Shown: positions 50,231 to 59,571 of the stretch, piece by piece | Layout: the number at the start of each line of letters is the position of its first letter | Position numbering within the stretch: the stretch's first letter is position 1 | Virus record (IMG/VR): IMGVR_UViG_3300037249_000287 | Location: 1-64,000 of that record | Strand: one strand, 5' to 3' | Origin: a virus | Lineage: Duplodnaviria > Caudoviricetes | DNA: 64,000 nucleotides | Program-made: the position numbers and the translations under genes | The notes under the pieces: generated by a model | Told to the model about the DNA's origin: nothing | What the model saw: the letters and a program-made list of their open reading frames with translations, nothing else | Databases searched by the model: none

Positions 50231-50257
50231 ATATCAAAATATCGTCGTACCTTTGCA
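50224..50257 (+). promoter_or_regulatory. Promoter of early rightward transcript
   Basis: CTTG-20 nt-TACCTTTGCA. Confidence 0.65.
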
Positions 50258-50259
50258 AC

Positions 50260-51240
50260 ATCAAAACGGAGGACAGCCGTTTAAAAAATGTTCAACGAGG
50301 ACGAGGGAAAATCAAGGTATTCATTTACTGCGAATAATCACCTTCCGACTACATTATAGCAATCATTATAGCTATTTTGTTGTATGTTCTTTAAAACACT
50401 GATAACAAGCTATTTTGCCCAAGGGTGAAAAGGTAGTGAGGAGACCGTATTTTAGAAATGATATGTATATCAAAAGTTATTAACGGAAAATCTATTTTTT
50501 AGGGAGTATAAACGAAATAACCTGCGGCCACAAAATAGGACTGTTATCAATTTACCATACAGGAGAAAAGGTGCAGCAGTTAGTACTATTCGAAGTGTAC
50601 CGAAAAGACTGTTAACTGAATAATGCTAAAAGATATATGTGTAACAAATCTTTGCAACCGAAAACGGATAAAAGAGGGAAAAATAGAAATATCAACTTTA
50701 AACTTTTCCGCTAATTCGGCAGGAGCGCAGACCAAGGGAGAAAGATAGTAACTACATTTGCAAGTGACTGAAAAGGTAGCCTCGAGCAGGTTACATATTA
50801 TAGAATAATAGTATATGATACTTTTTAGGTAGCGAGGACACGGACAAGGTATAATGATATATTACCTAAACATGTAGACGGGAGGCCGAAGACTTCCTGC
50901 ATGTAATAATCTAATTTTAGATTATTTGGTGATAAAAATTTAAATAAGGAATAAAGCAGTACTTTATTTTCGTTTATTCAATACCTTTTGCACTTGGTTG
51001 CAAAGATAGGTATTTTATTGAAAATGTTTTAGCCGAGGTGCAGGAAGGCTGAAACATAATAAAAAGGTAGGACTTGGCGCTGACAACAATAAAAACGAAA
51101 TATAGATTTTTGATATTACGACACTTATTTTTGTGTTAACAGATACTGAAAAGGTGCAGAAAAGTACACTAATTATTTAGCGTGCAGCCTTGGTGATTTT
51201 CGCGACTTTTGCCCAAGGTACAATTTATTTATAATTCATT
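50260..51240 (+). ncRNA. Candidate large structured non-coding RNA / leader
   Basis: ~1 kb without ORF of 60 aa or more; many hairpins and a nested long-range helix; repeated AAAAGGT(A/G). Confidence 0.45.
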
Positions 51241-51280
51241 TTAGTATTAATTAAAAAACAAAAATTAGGAGGTCACAATT

Positions 51281-51847
51281 ATGACAAAGAAAAATTCTAA
51301 CATCAGTAAAATTAACGCTCTTCGCAGCAAGTGTCAGCCCGTACATGCCGCAGCAGGTACATTTAATCAGGCAATAAAGTCCCTGCAGGGTCTTGAGTCG
51401 AAGCATGCCGAGGTCTTGGAGGCACTTGGTATCGAGTCCTTCGGTTTTAAAAACGTTTGCGCAGGCTGGGCAGACGCTCTCCGTATCAATGTTGACGGCA
51501 AGGACGTCATGGGTCTCTATATGTCCGAGACTGCAAAGGTTATTGTTTACGAAGGCGAAGAGCCCAAGGAGGTAAACATGTACGAGAAGGTCGAGACAAA
51601 GAAGGGCGTGAAGTACGTCTCCGTCAAGGTACGCACTCTCACGACTCCGAAGTTGTGGGATGATGGCATTATTCTGGAAGGTCTCTGTCAGTCGGCCGAG
51701 CTTGCCGAGGCGCAGAAGGAGGCCGCAGACGCTGAGGCACACAAGGCCGACCTGCTCGCCAAGGGTGAGGTGTATATTAAGAAGACCGCCAAGGGCACAG
51801 ACGGCAGCATTACGACAACTTTCGAGCAGGTAGAGGTCGAGGCATAA
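51281..51847 (+). CDS. Early hypothetical protein
   Basis: 188 aa, TAGGAGG upstream, C/G-ending codons. Confidence 0.8.
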   Translation: MTKKNSNISKINALRSKCQPVHAAAGTFNQAIKSLQGLESKHAEVLEALGIESFGFKNVCAGWADALRINVDGKDVMGLYMSETAKVIVYEGEEPKEVNMYEKVETKKGVKYVSVKVRTLTTPKLWDDGIILEGLCQSAELAEAQKEAADAEAHKADLLAKGEVYIKKTAKGTDGSITTTFEQVEVEA

Positions 51848-51974
51848 TTATAACCATGTGACAAAACTGCACAGTCGTATGTTGGTAGGTACATTATTGT
51901 GCGGGGCAGCGTTATGCTGCCTCGCTTGTATAAACAAGTTGGAAAATAGTATTAATCAATAAACAGTCAAGAAA

Positions 51975-52187
51975 ATGAAAACGAGATTTACAGTCAAGGC
52001 CGTAAAGTGTGCAAGCGCAAACGGTCGCAGTTATGTACGTTTTTGCAAGCCGCAGGCTGCAAAGTTATGGTGTGTGTTCATGGGGTCGGTCTGCCTTGCC
52101 TACGGGTTGTCGCAGGGTTTAGCGCAGGAGTGTGTCAACGAATTAAGTCAGCATGGGCAGCATGTTGAGATGCGTGAGATGAAGTAA
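51975..52187 (+). CDS. Hypothetical protein
   Basis: 70 aa with TAGTATTAAT upstream motif. Confidence 0.55.
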   Translation: MKTRFTVKAVKCASANGRSYVRFCKPQAAKLWCVFMGSVCLAYGLSQGLAQECVNELSQHGQHVEMREMK

Positions 52188-52288
52188 TTAAGCGGGGCGA
52201 GGTGGGCGTGTTCACTATCTGCACGCCCGCCAGCCGCAAACATACGCAAACATTAGTATTAATTTAAAAAACATTAGGAGGCTTTATT

Positions 52289-53902
52289 ATGATTAAAGTA
52301 CAAAATTTAAGCACGGGTGAGGTAATTAACGTTTTGAACGTTGTAGTCGAGAACAATCAGATTATCAGCGAGGCACGCCGTCCGCACAAGGGCTTGCGCT
52401 TCTACAATTCATATCCAATGATGCTGCCAGCAGGTGAGTCCGAGGATGGTCGTGACCTGCATACGCTGGCCGAGGGCTGGGTCTTGGCATCAAAGGGTGC
52501 AAAGGGTGCGGGCGAGAAGAAGGAGCGCAAGCCCCGTCAACCCAAGCAGGAGGCACAGGAACAGCCCAAGAACAAGACCAATTTGGAGAAGTTTGCAGAG
52601 CTTAAAGTCAAGTACCCTGATACTATTCTGCTGTTCCGTCGCGGTGACTTCTATGAGGCATACGGTGACGATGCCGTGACCGTTTCTGAGGTGTGCGGTA
52701 TCACGCTGACAATACCCAACGACAACGGCAATGGGCTGGCGGGATTCCCGTATCATGCACTCGACACCTATTTGCCAAAGCTGATACGTGCGGGGCATCG
52801 TGTGGCTATCTGTGACGGCAATGGCGAGCCGCAGGTACGTGAGGAGGAAGCTGTCAAGACCAACGATGAGCAGGAGGTCAAGGATGATGTCAAGCAGGAG
52901 GAGTCTGTACCTATGCAGGAGGAGCAGCCGCAGGATGTCAACGATGATGATGTCAACGCGATTGCAGCCATGTTGCTGAAGTTGAAGAAGGGCAGCGCAC
53001 CTGTCAACAAGGACATGGTTGTTAAGATTGTTAAGGACATACTTGCAGAAGAGTTGCCAAAGGTGCAGCCGCAGGATGTGCAGCACACAATCAAGGTGGC
53101 CGACCTGCCCGCATACAAGTGCCCGAAGGGTACTAATCCGAAGTTGCTTGAGTTGCTGTTGACAATGGTTGTCAACGACCGCGTTATAGGTCGCTTCCCT
53201 TGGTTGTTTGGCCCCGCAGGTTCTGGTAAGTCAACGCTTGCAAGCAAGGTAGCCGAAGCACTGAATATTCCGTTCTATTCAGTGTCAAGTTTGCAGCAGA
53301 AATACGAGCTCGAAGGCTATACGGATGCTGTTGGCGAGTTTGTGCAGACCGCATTCTACAAGGCTATGGCCGAGGGCGGTGTATTCTGTTTCGATGAAAT
53401 CAGCACCACATCGGGCGAGGTGCAGGTTGCTTTCAATACGGCGGCTGCGCAGCTGGTGTATAACTTCCCGAAGATGGGCATGGTCAAGGCACATGAGAAC
53501 TTCCATATAATTGCCTGTGACAATTCAACGGGTCGTGGCGGTGACAAGCGTTATATCAGCCGTTTTCAATTAGACGCTTCAACGCTTGACAGATATAACT
53601 TTGTAGAGGTCGACTATTCTGATGAGCACGACCTGAATATGGCCGCAGGTGACAAGGATTTGGTACGCTTTATGAAGGATATGCGCAAGGTGCTTGATGC
53701 AAGTAACACCACATATCTTGCTACACCTCGTGCAAGTAAGGCTATCAAGGCTTTGCAGGCTACTGGCATGAGCGACAAGGATGCTCTGTGGTACGGTCTT
53801 TGCAGCGGTTGGAACAAGCAGGACATCCGCACATTTGCAAGCAAGTTGAGTGGGTCTACAAATTGGCACAAGGCATTTGACGAGATTGTGTGCGGTCTTT
53901 AA
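52289..53902 (+). CDS. MoxR/CobS-like AAA+ ATPase with MutS domain I (mismatch-recognition) in the N-terminal half
   Basis: [21 protein letters not shown]...[26 protein letters not shown]; Walker [10 protein letters not shown]; Walker B FCFDEI; LDASTLDRY. Confidence 0.85.
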   Translation: MIKVQNLSTGEVINVLNVVVENNQIISEARRPHKGLRFYNSYPMMLPAGESEDGRDLHTLAEGWVLASKGAKGAGEKKERKPRQPKQEAQEQPKNKTNLEKFAELKVKYPDTILLFRRGDFYEAYGDDAVTVSEVCGITLTIPNDNGNGLAGFPYHALDTYLPKLIRAGHRVAICDGNGEPQVREEEAVKTNDEQEVKDDVKQEESVPMQEEQPQDVNDDDVNAIAAMLLKLKKGSAPVNKDMVVKIVKDILAEELPKVQPQDVQHTIKVADLPAYKCPKGTNPKLLELLLTMVVNDRVIGRFPWLFGPAGSGKSTLASKVAEALNIPFYSVSSLQQKYELEGYTDAVGEFVQTAFYKAMAEGGVFCFDEISTTSGEVQVAFNTAAAQLVYNFPKMGMVKAHENFHIIACDNSTGRGGDKRYISRFQLDASTLDRYNFVEVDYSDEHDLNMAAGDKDLVRFMKDMRKVLDASNTTYLATPRASKAIKALQATGMSDKDALWYGLCSGWNKQDIRTFASKLSGSTNWHKAFDEIVCGL

Positions 53903-53940
53903 TTGAATTACAAACTTCTTAAATCATAGGAGATTCGGAT

Positions 53941-54744
53941 ATGAAGAATTTCATGAGGTACGAAAGCGTTGCGGAGTTGTCTAATGCACTCCGCAATGCA
54001 GAGCCGTTAAAGGTGTGGAAAGATTCTTGGGAGCGTGCTCGCAAGGATATGTCAGATAAAGAATGCAAGGATTTTGCGGGTTGTACGTTTAATGAGGCTT
54101 TTGAGTTGCTTGATAAGGGTGACGCTGAACGTGCTGCAATGATTAAGGCAGAAGGCGAAATCTTGAACGAATCACAGGGCGGCACGATGCCAAAGATAGA
54201 GGTTGGTGTATATGGTTGCATTCCATCAGTACCTAATTATCTGCGTGGCGTACCTACAAACATGATGCGTGTTATTCGTGAGCCAAGGCGCAATCCTATC
54301 ATTGACGTGTACGTTGATACTGGCATTTCTGCTTTCACCAAGTTAAAGGATGCTGCTATTGCTACGGCAAAGATAGCAAACGTTATCACGGCGGTTGAAA
54401 TGAGTGGCGTGCGTGTTAATCTGTATGCTGTATATGGAACGAAAGAAGGAAGTGATGCTGCTGGTTTTGCAGTAAAGATTAAGGAGGCTAATTCACCACT
54501 GAACCTGCTTAACATAGCATTCCCAATGACAAACAGTGCATTCTGTAGGGTTGTGTCACTCCATTGGCAGGAGTGCAACTCTGATAAGGTATGGGGTGGT
54601 CATGGTAGCCTGATGTCAGTAAAGAAGATTGCAGACGCTTTCGATTTGGAAGGGCTGACATTATCCGTACAGGACACGATTGATAGTCGTGCAAGCATTG
54701 AGAGTATTGTGAAGAAGTTCAATGAATATTTAAAGAACAAGTAA
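53941..54744 (+). CDS. vWA-like (CobT-type) partner of AAA ATPase
   Basis: SVPNYLRGVPTNMM; IIDVYVDTGIS; SGVRVNLY; directly after ATPase. Confidence 0.65.
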   Translation: MKNFMRYESVAELSNALRNAEPLKVWKDSWERARKDMSDKECKDFAGCTFNEAFELLDKGDAERAAMIKAEGEILNESQGGTMPKIEVGVYGCIPSVPNYLRGVPTNMMRVIREPRRNPIIDVYVDTGISAFTKLKDAAIATAKIANVITAVEMSGVRVNLYAVYGTKEGSDAAGFAVKIKEANSPLNLLNIAFPMTNSAFCRVVSLHWQECNSDKVWGGHGSLMSVKKIADAFDLEGLTLSVQDTIDSRASIESIVKKFNEYLKNK

Positions 54745-54745
54745 T

Positions 54746-55069
54746 ATGGAGATACAGGATTATGTAGGAAAGTTTGCAAAGGTTGCAGGACACTACGGGA
54801 TGATTGACAATGTGTATGGTAGCCGTTTGGGATTTATCTGGTCGGATAAAGATAGCTGGACTGGCGAGTTGGTTGACGTTACAAACGTTGAGGTTTTAAC
54901 CAAGCAGGATGATGTTGCAAAAGCGTGGCTGAGTTCAAAAAACTATCTACTGCGTGAGCGTGCAGCATTAAAGGCACGTATTGCACGCAAGTTGGCGATA
55001 GACAACCAACAGATGTTAGGTGAATTGCTCGACTTTGTTGTTAGTTGGATTAACCGCTTGGGTGAATAG
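54746..55069 (+). CDS. Hypothetical protein
   Basis: 107 aa coupled ORF. Confidence 0.6.
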   Translation: MEIQDYVGKFAKVAGHYGMIDNVYGSRLGFIWSDKDSWTGELVDVTNVEVLTKQDDVAKAWLSSKNYLLRERAALKARIARKLAIDNQQMLGELLDFVVSWINRLGE

Positions 55070-55200
55070 GGCGTGCGTTCACTATCAGCGCGCCGATTGG
55101 GTGTTGACGCATATCACAACAAACGTTGTGTCGACTGCGGCATGTGTGGAGCGAGACCACCGCACCCGCAAAGATTTTGTGTTTTTTGATTAATACTTGT

Positions 55201-55239
55201 GTCCGTTGGTGGTTGTGACAACTACCGACGGACGTTTTT
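55201..55239 (+). terminator. Intrinsic terminator
   Basis: GTCCGTTGGTGGTTG-TGA-CAACTACCGACGGAC stem followed by GTTTTT. Confidence 0.75.
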
Positions 55240-55286
55240 CAAAAGACACGAACAAACCGAATTTAGTAATTAAAAAATAAATTGAT

Positions 55287-55466
55287 ATGAAAGATAAATA
55301 CGATTTCAATTTCTACTTTGAAACAAAAGTAAAAACAACAAATGACATAAACGAGGCTTTAAAAATATTCCGTTGTGGCGGTTTTTATAAGGCTATATGT
55401 TATTTTCCACACCAGTCTTTTGGTTGTTTTCGTGTGTTAGAAAAAGAAAGCGACTTTGAGTTTTAG
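55287..55466 (+). CDS. Small hypothetical protein (59 aa)
   Basis: Hand translation MKDKYDFNFYFET...ESDFEF. Confidence 0.5.
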   Translation: MKDKYDFNFYFETKVKTTNDINEALKIFRCGGFYKAICYFPHQSFGCFRVLEKESDFEF

Positions 55467-55495
55467 TATTAATTAAAAACATAGGAGATTAAATT

Positions 55496-55789
55496 ATGAA
55501 CAAGAGAATTGTAAATTGTAGGTTTGTTTGCTGTGGTCTTCATTTTGATGCAGCAATTGATTGCGACTGGGAAATGCACTACTATGACCAAACGGAAGAA
55601 GAGAAGCGCGACACAACTCCGATAGAGTTGTATTGCTTTGATAGACCCGATTGGGATATTCGTATGATGTTTCACAAAGAGAGAAATGACCAGCAGTCCG
55701 CAAATTACGGGCTGACGTATTGCTCTTGCGTGGATATTGACGCTATCAAAAAAGAAGCCCGTAAATGGGTGCGTGAAATGCAAAGATAA
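55496..55789 (+). CDS. Hypothetical protein
   Basis: 97 aa, TAGGAG upstream. Confidence 0.65.
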   Translation: MNKRIVNCRFVCCGLHFDAAIDCDWEMHYYDQTEEEKRDTTPIELYCFDRPDWDIRMMFHKERNDQQSANYGLTYCSCVDIDAIKKEARKWVREMQR

Positions 55790-55796
55790 AAAAGAT

Positions 55797-55937
55797 ATGA
55801 AGTACAGAGTATTGAGAATGTTGGCGGCTTTCAGAAAGTACGCCAACACTGAACATGGCGAGAGAGTAATTGTTAGAACACTGACAGCAATGTCTGTTGT
55901 TTTGTTGGTTGACGTTTTTCTTATTATTGTAGGGTAA
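55797..55937 (+). CDS. Small membrane protein
   Basis: MKYRVLRM...SVVLLVDVFLIIVG. Confidence 0.45.
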   Translation: MKYRVLRMLAAFRKYANTEHGERVIVRTLTAMSVVLLVDVFLIIVG

Positions 55938-55938
55938 T

Positions 55939-56079
55939 ATGAAAAAGACATTTAAACAGTGTGCCGACCAGTTGGAGCGTATCTATCGACTTTATCTGCA
56001 TGGCTTCGGTACAAAGAATCTGCTTGCAAAGGCAGAACGCTTCATGTGTGAAACAACAAACGTTGGGCTGTGCTTTTAG
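55939..56079 (+). CDS. Small hypothetical protein (46 aa)
   Basis: Hand translation; TAATATG coupling. Confidence 0.45.
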   Translation: MKKTFKQCADQLERIYRLYLHGFGTKNLLAKAERFMCETTNVGLCF

Positions 56080-56113
56080 TCCGACCAGTATTAATCTATA
56101 AAACAAAACAACT

Positions 56114-56395
56114 ATGGCAAAGTTTAATTTTTCAATTACGGCACATGTCGGTAACGATATGATGCTTGTTTATTCACGCGACTTCTTTGTCAACATGACA
56201 GATTTCGCTGGCGGTAGTCCAGTGTTCGGTATGTGTATGGGAACAATGCCTTACAGAGATTGGGTTATTGATGATGGAGATGACGCAAAAGGCACTACTT
56301 ATTGTCAGTATGTGTCTTACGATGGCGACAATCACGACAACTATCTGTTGGCTGTGTGGTGTGAGGTTGATGAAAACGGATGTATGAAACTTTAA
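56114..56395 (+). CDS. Hypothetical protein
   Basis: 93 aa acidic. Confidence 0.6.
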   Translation: MAKFNFSITAHVGNDMMLVYSRDFFVNMTDFAGGSPVFGMCMGTMPYRDWVIDDGDDAKGTTYCQYVSYDGDNHDNYLLAVWCEVDENGCMKL

Positions 56396-56407
56396 AACAT
56401 TACAACT

Positions 56408-56887
56408 ATGACAAAGAAAGAATTTAATGCGAGAGTACAAGAAATGTGTGAGTTTGTAAAGGCGCACAAGTATGATGCTATTGGTGGCGAGTTAATTCAG
56501 CGCAATATCAGAGACCCATTCACATACGGGGCATGGTGTGAGCGTAATTTCGAAATGAATTTGCGTGAGGACTATGAGCGCAAGACTACATACACCAGCG
56601 ATTTCTCAATTGCCGAGTGGTGTGTACCTGTTGAGGGTATGTCTGCGATTGCCAGCACACTGCGCAATGCTTTGACGAATTGGCGCGATAACGTTGAATG
56701 GTTTGCCGAGATTCTTCTCGTTATTAACCTCAAGTCTTGGGAGCATGCTGCTCGCGGCAACAACGAGTACGGCAAGATGTACAGCGAACTCTTCTATATG
56801 GTGCAGGCTTTGTACTTTGACTGGTTTGACGAAAGCAATAAGAAACATGGCGAGGCAATGGAGTACTATTATCAATACGTTGACTGA
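56408..56887 (+). CDS. Conserved phage hypothetical protein
   Basis: TTYTSDFSIAEW...EILLVINLKSWEH pattern. Confidence 0.7.
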   Translation: MTKKEFNARVQEMCEFVKAHKYDAIGGELIQRNIRDPFTYGAWCERNFEMNLREDYERKTTYTSDFSIAEWCVPVEGMSAIASTLRNALTNWRDNVEWFAEILLVINLKSWEHAARGNNEYGKMYSELFYMVQALYFDWFDESNKKHGEAMEYYYQYVD

Positions 56888-56889
56888 TT

Positions 56890-57162
56890 ATGGAAGATAA
56901 AAAACTTACTGCGGGCGAGATTCGGGTAATTCTTAACCGCTTATTCTGTGTTATGATGTGCGAAAGTCAGATGGTTGCAGGGTTGAATGATGCAAAACTT
57001 ATGACATTCTCTGATTTGGCTGGTGATGGTGCAAAACTTGAAAAGAGTTACAAGAGGTGTGTAGATAACTTTGGTAATCTTAGAGGCTGGCATATCAAAC
57101 ATGACAAAGACAGCATTCGGCTTAGGAGTGAATTTATTAACAGACTTGCAAAACTTGTGTAA
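56890..57162 (+). CDS. Hypothetical protein
   Basis: 90 aa coupled ORF. Confidence 0.55.
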   Translation: MEDKKLTAGEIRVILNRLFCVMMCESQMVAGLNDAKLMTFSDLAGDGAKLEKSYKRCVDNFGNLRGWHIKHDKDSIRLRSEFINRLAKLV

Positions 57163-57163
57163 T

Positions 57164-57352
57164 ATGAAAGCAGAGGTTGGTATGAAGTTCTTTGACGCTT
57201 ATAGCGGTGTGCATGAGGTCATAAGAATAGACGGTAAGCATTATGGTTTCTTTCACGTTTACAATGACGGTGAGAAACAAGTTGAGGGTTTTATGTTGGA
57301 TTGCGCTTTCGAGCGTCTGACAAAAATTGGTGCTATATGGGTTCTGCAATAA
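57164..57352 (+). CDS. Hypothetical protein
   Basis: Start re-set to ATG 57164. Confidence 0.5.
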   Translation: MKAEVGMKFFDAYSGVHEVIRIDGKHYGFFHVYNDGEKQVEGFMLDCAFERLTKIGAIWVLQ

Positions 57353-57540
57353 TTAACTATCTGGTTTGTACGGTGGCTCTGTTTGTAGCCATCGTACTTA
57401 CTTGCAGCGGCGGTTGGTTGTCGCTTGTTGGTTTGTGTTATGACTGCTTACTTTTTGTAAGCGGTGAGTTATTCCCAAACGTATGGAAGTCTTTTTGGAT
57501 TTCAAACATCAGAATACTTTCGTACTTTGGAAGCCTTTAA
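57337..57540 (+). CDS. Small membrane protein
   Basis: Two hydrophobic segments. Confidence 0.5.
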   Translation: MGSAIINYLVCTVALFVAIVLTCSGGWLSLVGLCYDCLLFVSGELFPNVWKSFWISNIRILSYFGSL

Positions 57541-57598
57541 TGTGCGCACGCACGATATAAATAATTAATAATATATAATTAAATAAAATACTACGATT

Positions 57599-57889
57599 AT
57601 GAAAAAGGAAATTGAAATTAAGGTAAGGAACGAATCACCGAGTTATTCGTCAGAAACTGTCGTTCTTGTCGGCGGTGAGAAATATAAGATTGTTGCAGAG
57701 AACGGCAACGCTTATTCCCGCTTGAACATATACAGATACACATGTAATGGTGACTTAGGTCAGATTGCTTGTTGTTATGACATCCCTAAATACAATCCCG
57801 TCAGTTATGTGTGGAGTGACGCTTCGAGATTTGCTGGCAACCGAAAGAACATGGAGGCGGCAGAAGAATATATCAAGAAAGTGTTTTGA
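57599..57889 (+). CDS. Hypothetical protein
   Basis: 96 aa. Confidence 0.65.
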   Translation: MKKEIEIKVRNESPSYSSETVVLVGGEKYKIVAENGNAYSRLNIYRYTCNGDLGQIACCYDIPKYNPVSYVWSDASRFAGNRKNMEAAEEYIKKVF

Positions 57890-57891
57890 TT

Positions 57892-58206
57892 ATGCCAAAG
57901 TTTGTGTATGTATTAGAACGGCAGAAGTTTGTTTGGGATGACGTCAAGAAAGACTTTATTGCCAACCAAACAACATCGGCTTGGGATGTGGCGGTGTTTG
58001 AAGACTACACTACCGCACGTTCCAACTGTCGACAGGATTTTGAGTACATGTTTAACAATGAGCCTGAATGTATAAAGTTTGAAAAAGTCAGAAAGGTTGA
58101 AGAACTGAAACAAGAGGCGGTTGTTGGGCGTATTACTTATACGTACAAATGTTGTGGTGAGATTTACAAAGTTATATATAGAATAACTAAAAAGATTTTG
58201 TTATGA
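57892..58206 (+). CDS. Hypothetical protein
   Basis: Coupled ORF. Confidence 0.6.
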   Translation: MPKFVYVLERQKFVWDDVKKDFIANQTTSAWDVAVFEDYTTARSNCRQDFEYMFNNEPECIKFEKVRKVEELKQEAVVGRITYTYKCCGEIYKVIYRITKKILL

Positions 58207-58646
58207 AATTTGATTATATAGCGTTCGATAAATGGGAGAATGAAAATCACATCCCCGAACAAGTGAAACGCATTGTTAATGCCGTTCTTAAATCAGAAGG
58301 TTATGAAGAGCCGTTTGGTGAGATTAATACAGATTGTGGAGACACTACAAATGAAGAAACAATATCTATTTACAATCGTGGTGGTCATGTTGTAGGTTAC
58401 GGCAAAGGTTTCAGTATGTCGTATTGCACGTCATCTTTGGAATGCGGTTCTGATGTTGATTGTAAGTATCTCATTAACTTCATCAAAGGTCTTGGCTTTG
58501 TTATTGAAAACAGTCATGGCGACAACGGCATGGACAGTTCTACTAACTGGCACGACACTTTCTGGTCTTATGACTTTATGTATAAACCATCGGAGGTGTA
58601 CGAGGAAGAGTTTATTATTTGGGAAGACAAAGATTATAACGATTGA
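58203..58646 (+). CDS. Hypothetical acidic protein
   Basis: 147 aa coupled ORF. Confidence 0.65.
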   Translation: MKFDYIAFDKWENENHIPEQVKRIVNAVLKSEGYEEPFGEINTDCGDTTNEETISIYNRGGHVVGYGKGFSMSYCTSSLECGSDVDCKYLINFIKGLGFVIENSHGDNGMDSSTNWHDTFWSYDFMYKPSEVYEEEFIIWEDKDYND

Positions 58647-58648
58647 TT

Positions 58649-59455
58649 ATGAAACAGTATGCAACATACCTTCGTGTTTCAACGAAGAAACAGGGACGCA
58701 GCGGTTTAGGTTTGGACGCACAGCGTAAGATGTGTGCGGACTTCATTACTGCCAATAGTGGCGAAAGCGTGTGTGAGTTTGTTGACGTTGAAAGCGGTAC
58801 GCATCGTGAAAGAAAAGGTTTGCTTGATGCTATCGCATATTGCAAGCGTAACAATTGTGCGCTTGTTATTGCGAAACTTGACAGGCTTGCGCGTGACGTG
58901 GAGTTCTGTTTTAAAGTTGTCAACACTGGCATCGAGATTCATTTCACGGATATGTTACAGATGAACACGCTGCTGCTTGGTGTGTTTGCTGCCGTTGCAC
59001 AATATGAAAGGGAACTTACGAGTGACAGAACAAAGAAAGCACTTGCCGTAAAGAAGAAGCAAGGTTGTTTGCTTGGCGGTGCTAATCCTATCTACAAACA
59101 GAACAGAGAAAAGAAAAGTAAGGAACAATTAAAAGAGGAACACATGAGAAAAGGAGAAACAAAAAGGAGTCGTTATCACGATTCAATTGACACAAAGACA
59201 TTCTTGCGTGTCTTGAAGATGGTTCAGCCAGAGCATTGTGTTGGTGACAATCCGAAAGACTGGGAATGGCTTGGTATTGACACAAAGTGTGGGCGCAGGG
59301 AACAGATGCTTACTCTTATGAAGAACTTTCAGGAGAACGATGAGGAGGGTCGTATCTTTAGAAAGTGGGATTTTTCTGACACAGAAAGCAAGAAAACAAA
59401 AGACAGGCTTTGCGCTTACATACAACGTATTCGTATTTCGTTCACGACAGTATAA
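58649..59455 (+). CDS. Serine recombinase (resolvase/invertase family)
   Basis: YLRVSTKKQ catalytic Ser motif, LVIAKLDRLARD, AQYERELTSDRTK; no large-recombinase domain apparent. Confidence 0.9.
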   Translation: MKQYATYLRVSTKKQGRSGLGLDAQRKMCADFITANSGESVCEFVDVESGTHRERKGLLDAIAYCKRNNCALVIAKLDRLARDVEFCFKVVNTGIEIHFTDMLQMNTLLLGVFAAVAQYERELTSDRTKKALAVKKKQGCLLGGANPIYKQNREKKSKEQLKEEHMRKGETKRSRYHDSIDTKTFLRVLKMVQPEHCVGDNPKDWEWLGIDTKCGRREQMLTLMKNFQENDEEGRIFRKWDFSDTESKKTKDRLCAYIQRIRISFTTV

Positions 59456-59479
59456 TTTAAATTATAGGAGACAAAGAAA

Positions 59480-59563
59480 ATGATTGCATTGCTTATTATT
59501 TTAACGTGTATCATTAGACCTGACATACTGATAAACATGGGTGGCAGGTCGTTTAAAAAGTAA
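59480..59563 (+). CDS. Tiny hydrophobic peptide (27 aa)
   Basis: MIALLIILTCIIRPDILINMGGRSFKK with TAGGAG upstream. Confidence 0.35.
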   Translation: MIALLIILTCIIRPDILINMGGRSFKK

Positions 59564-59571
59564 CCAAAAAA

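Noticed and set aside
50999-51008. Antisense promoter inside the candidate ncRNA (TATCTTTGCA on minus strand)
   Set aside because: No matching -33 element, and the sequence is explained as one arm of a hairpin; kept only as a possibility
50260-51240. CRISPR array or solitary CRISPR repeats from the AAAAGGT repeats
   Set aside because: Units are only 8-12 nt and irregularly spaced; no constant repeat-spacer period and no cas genes
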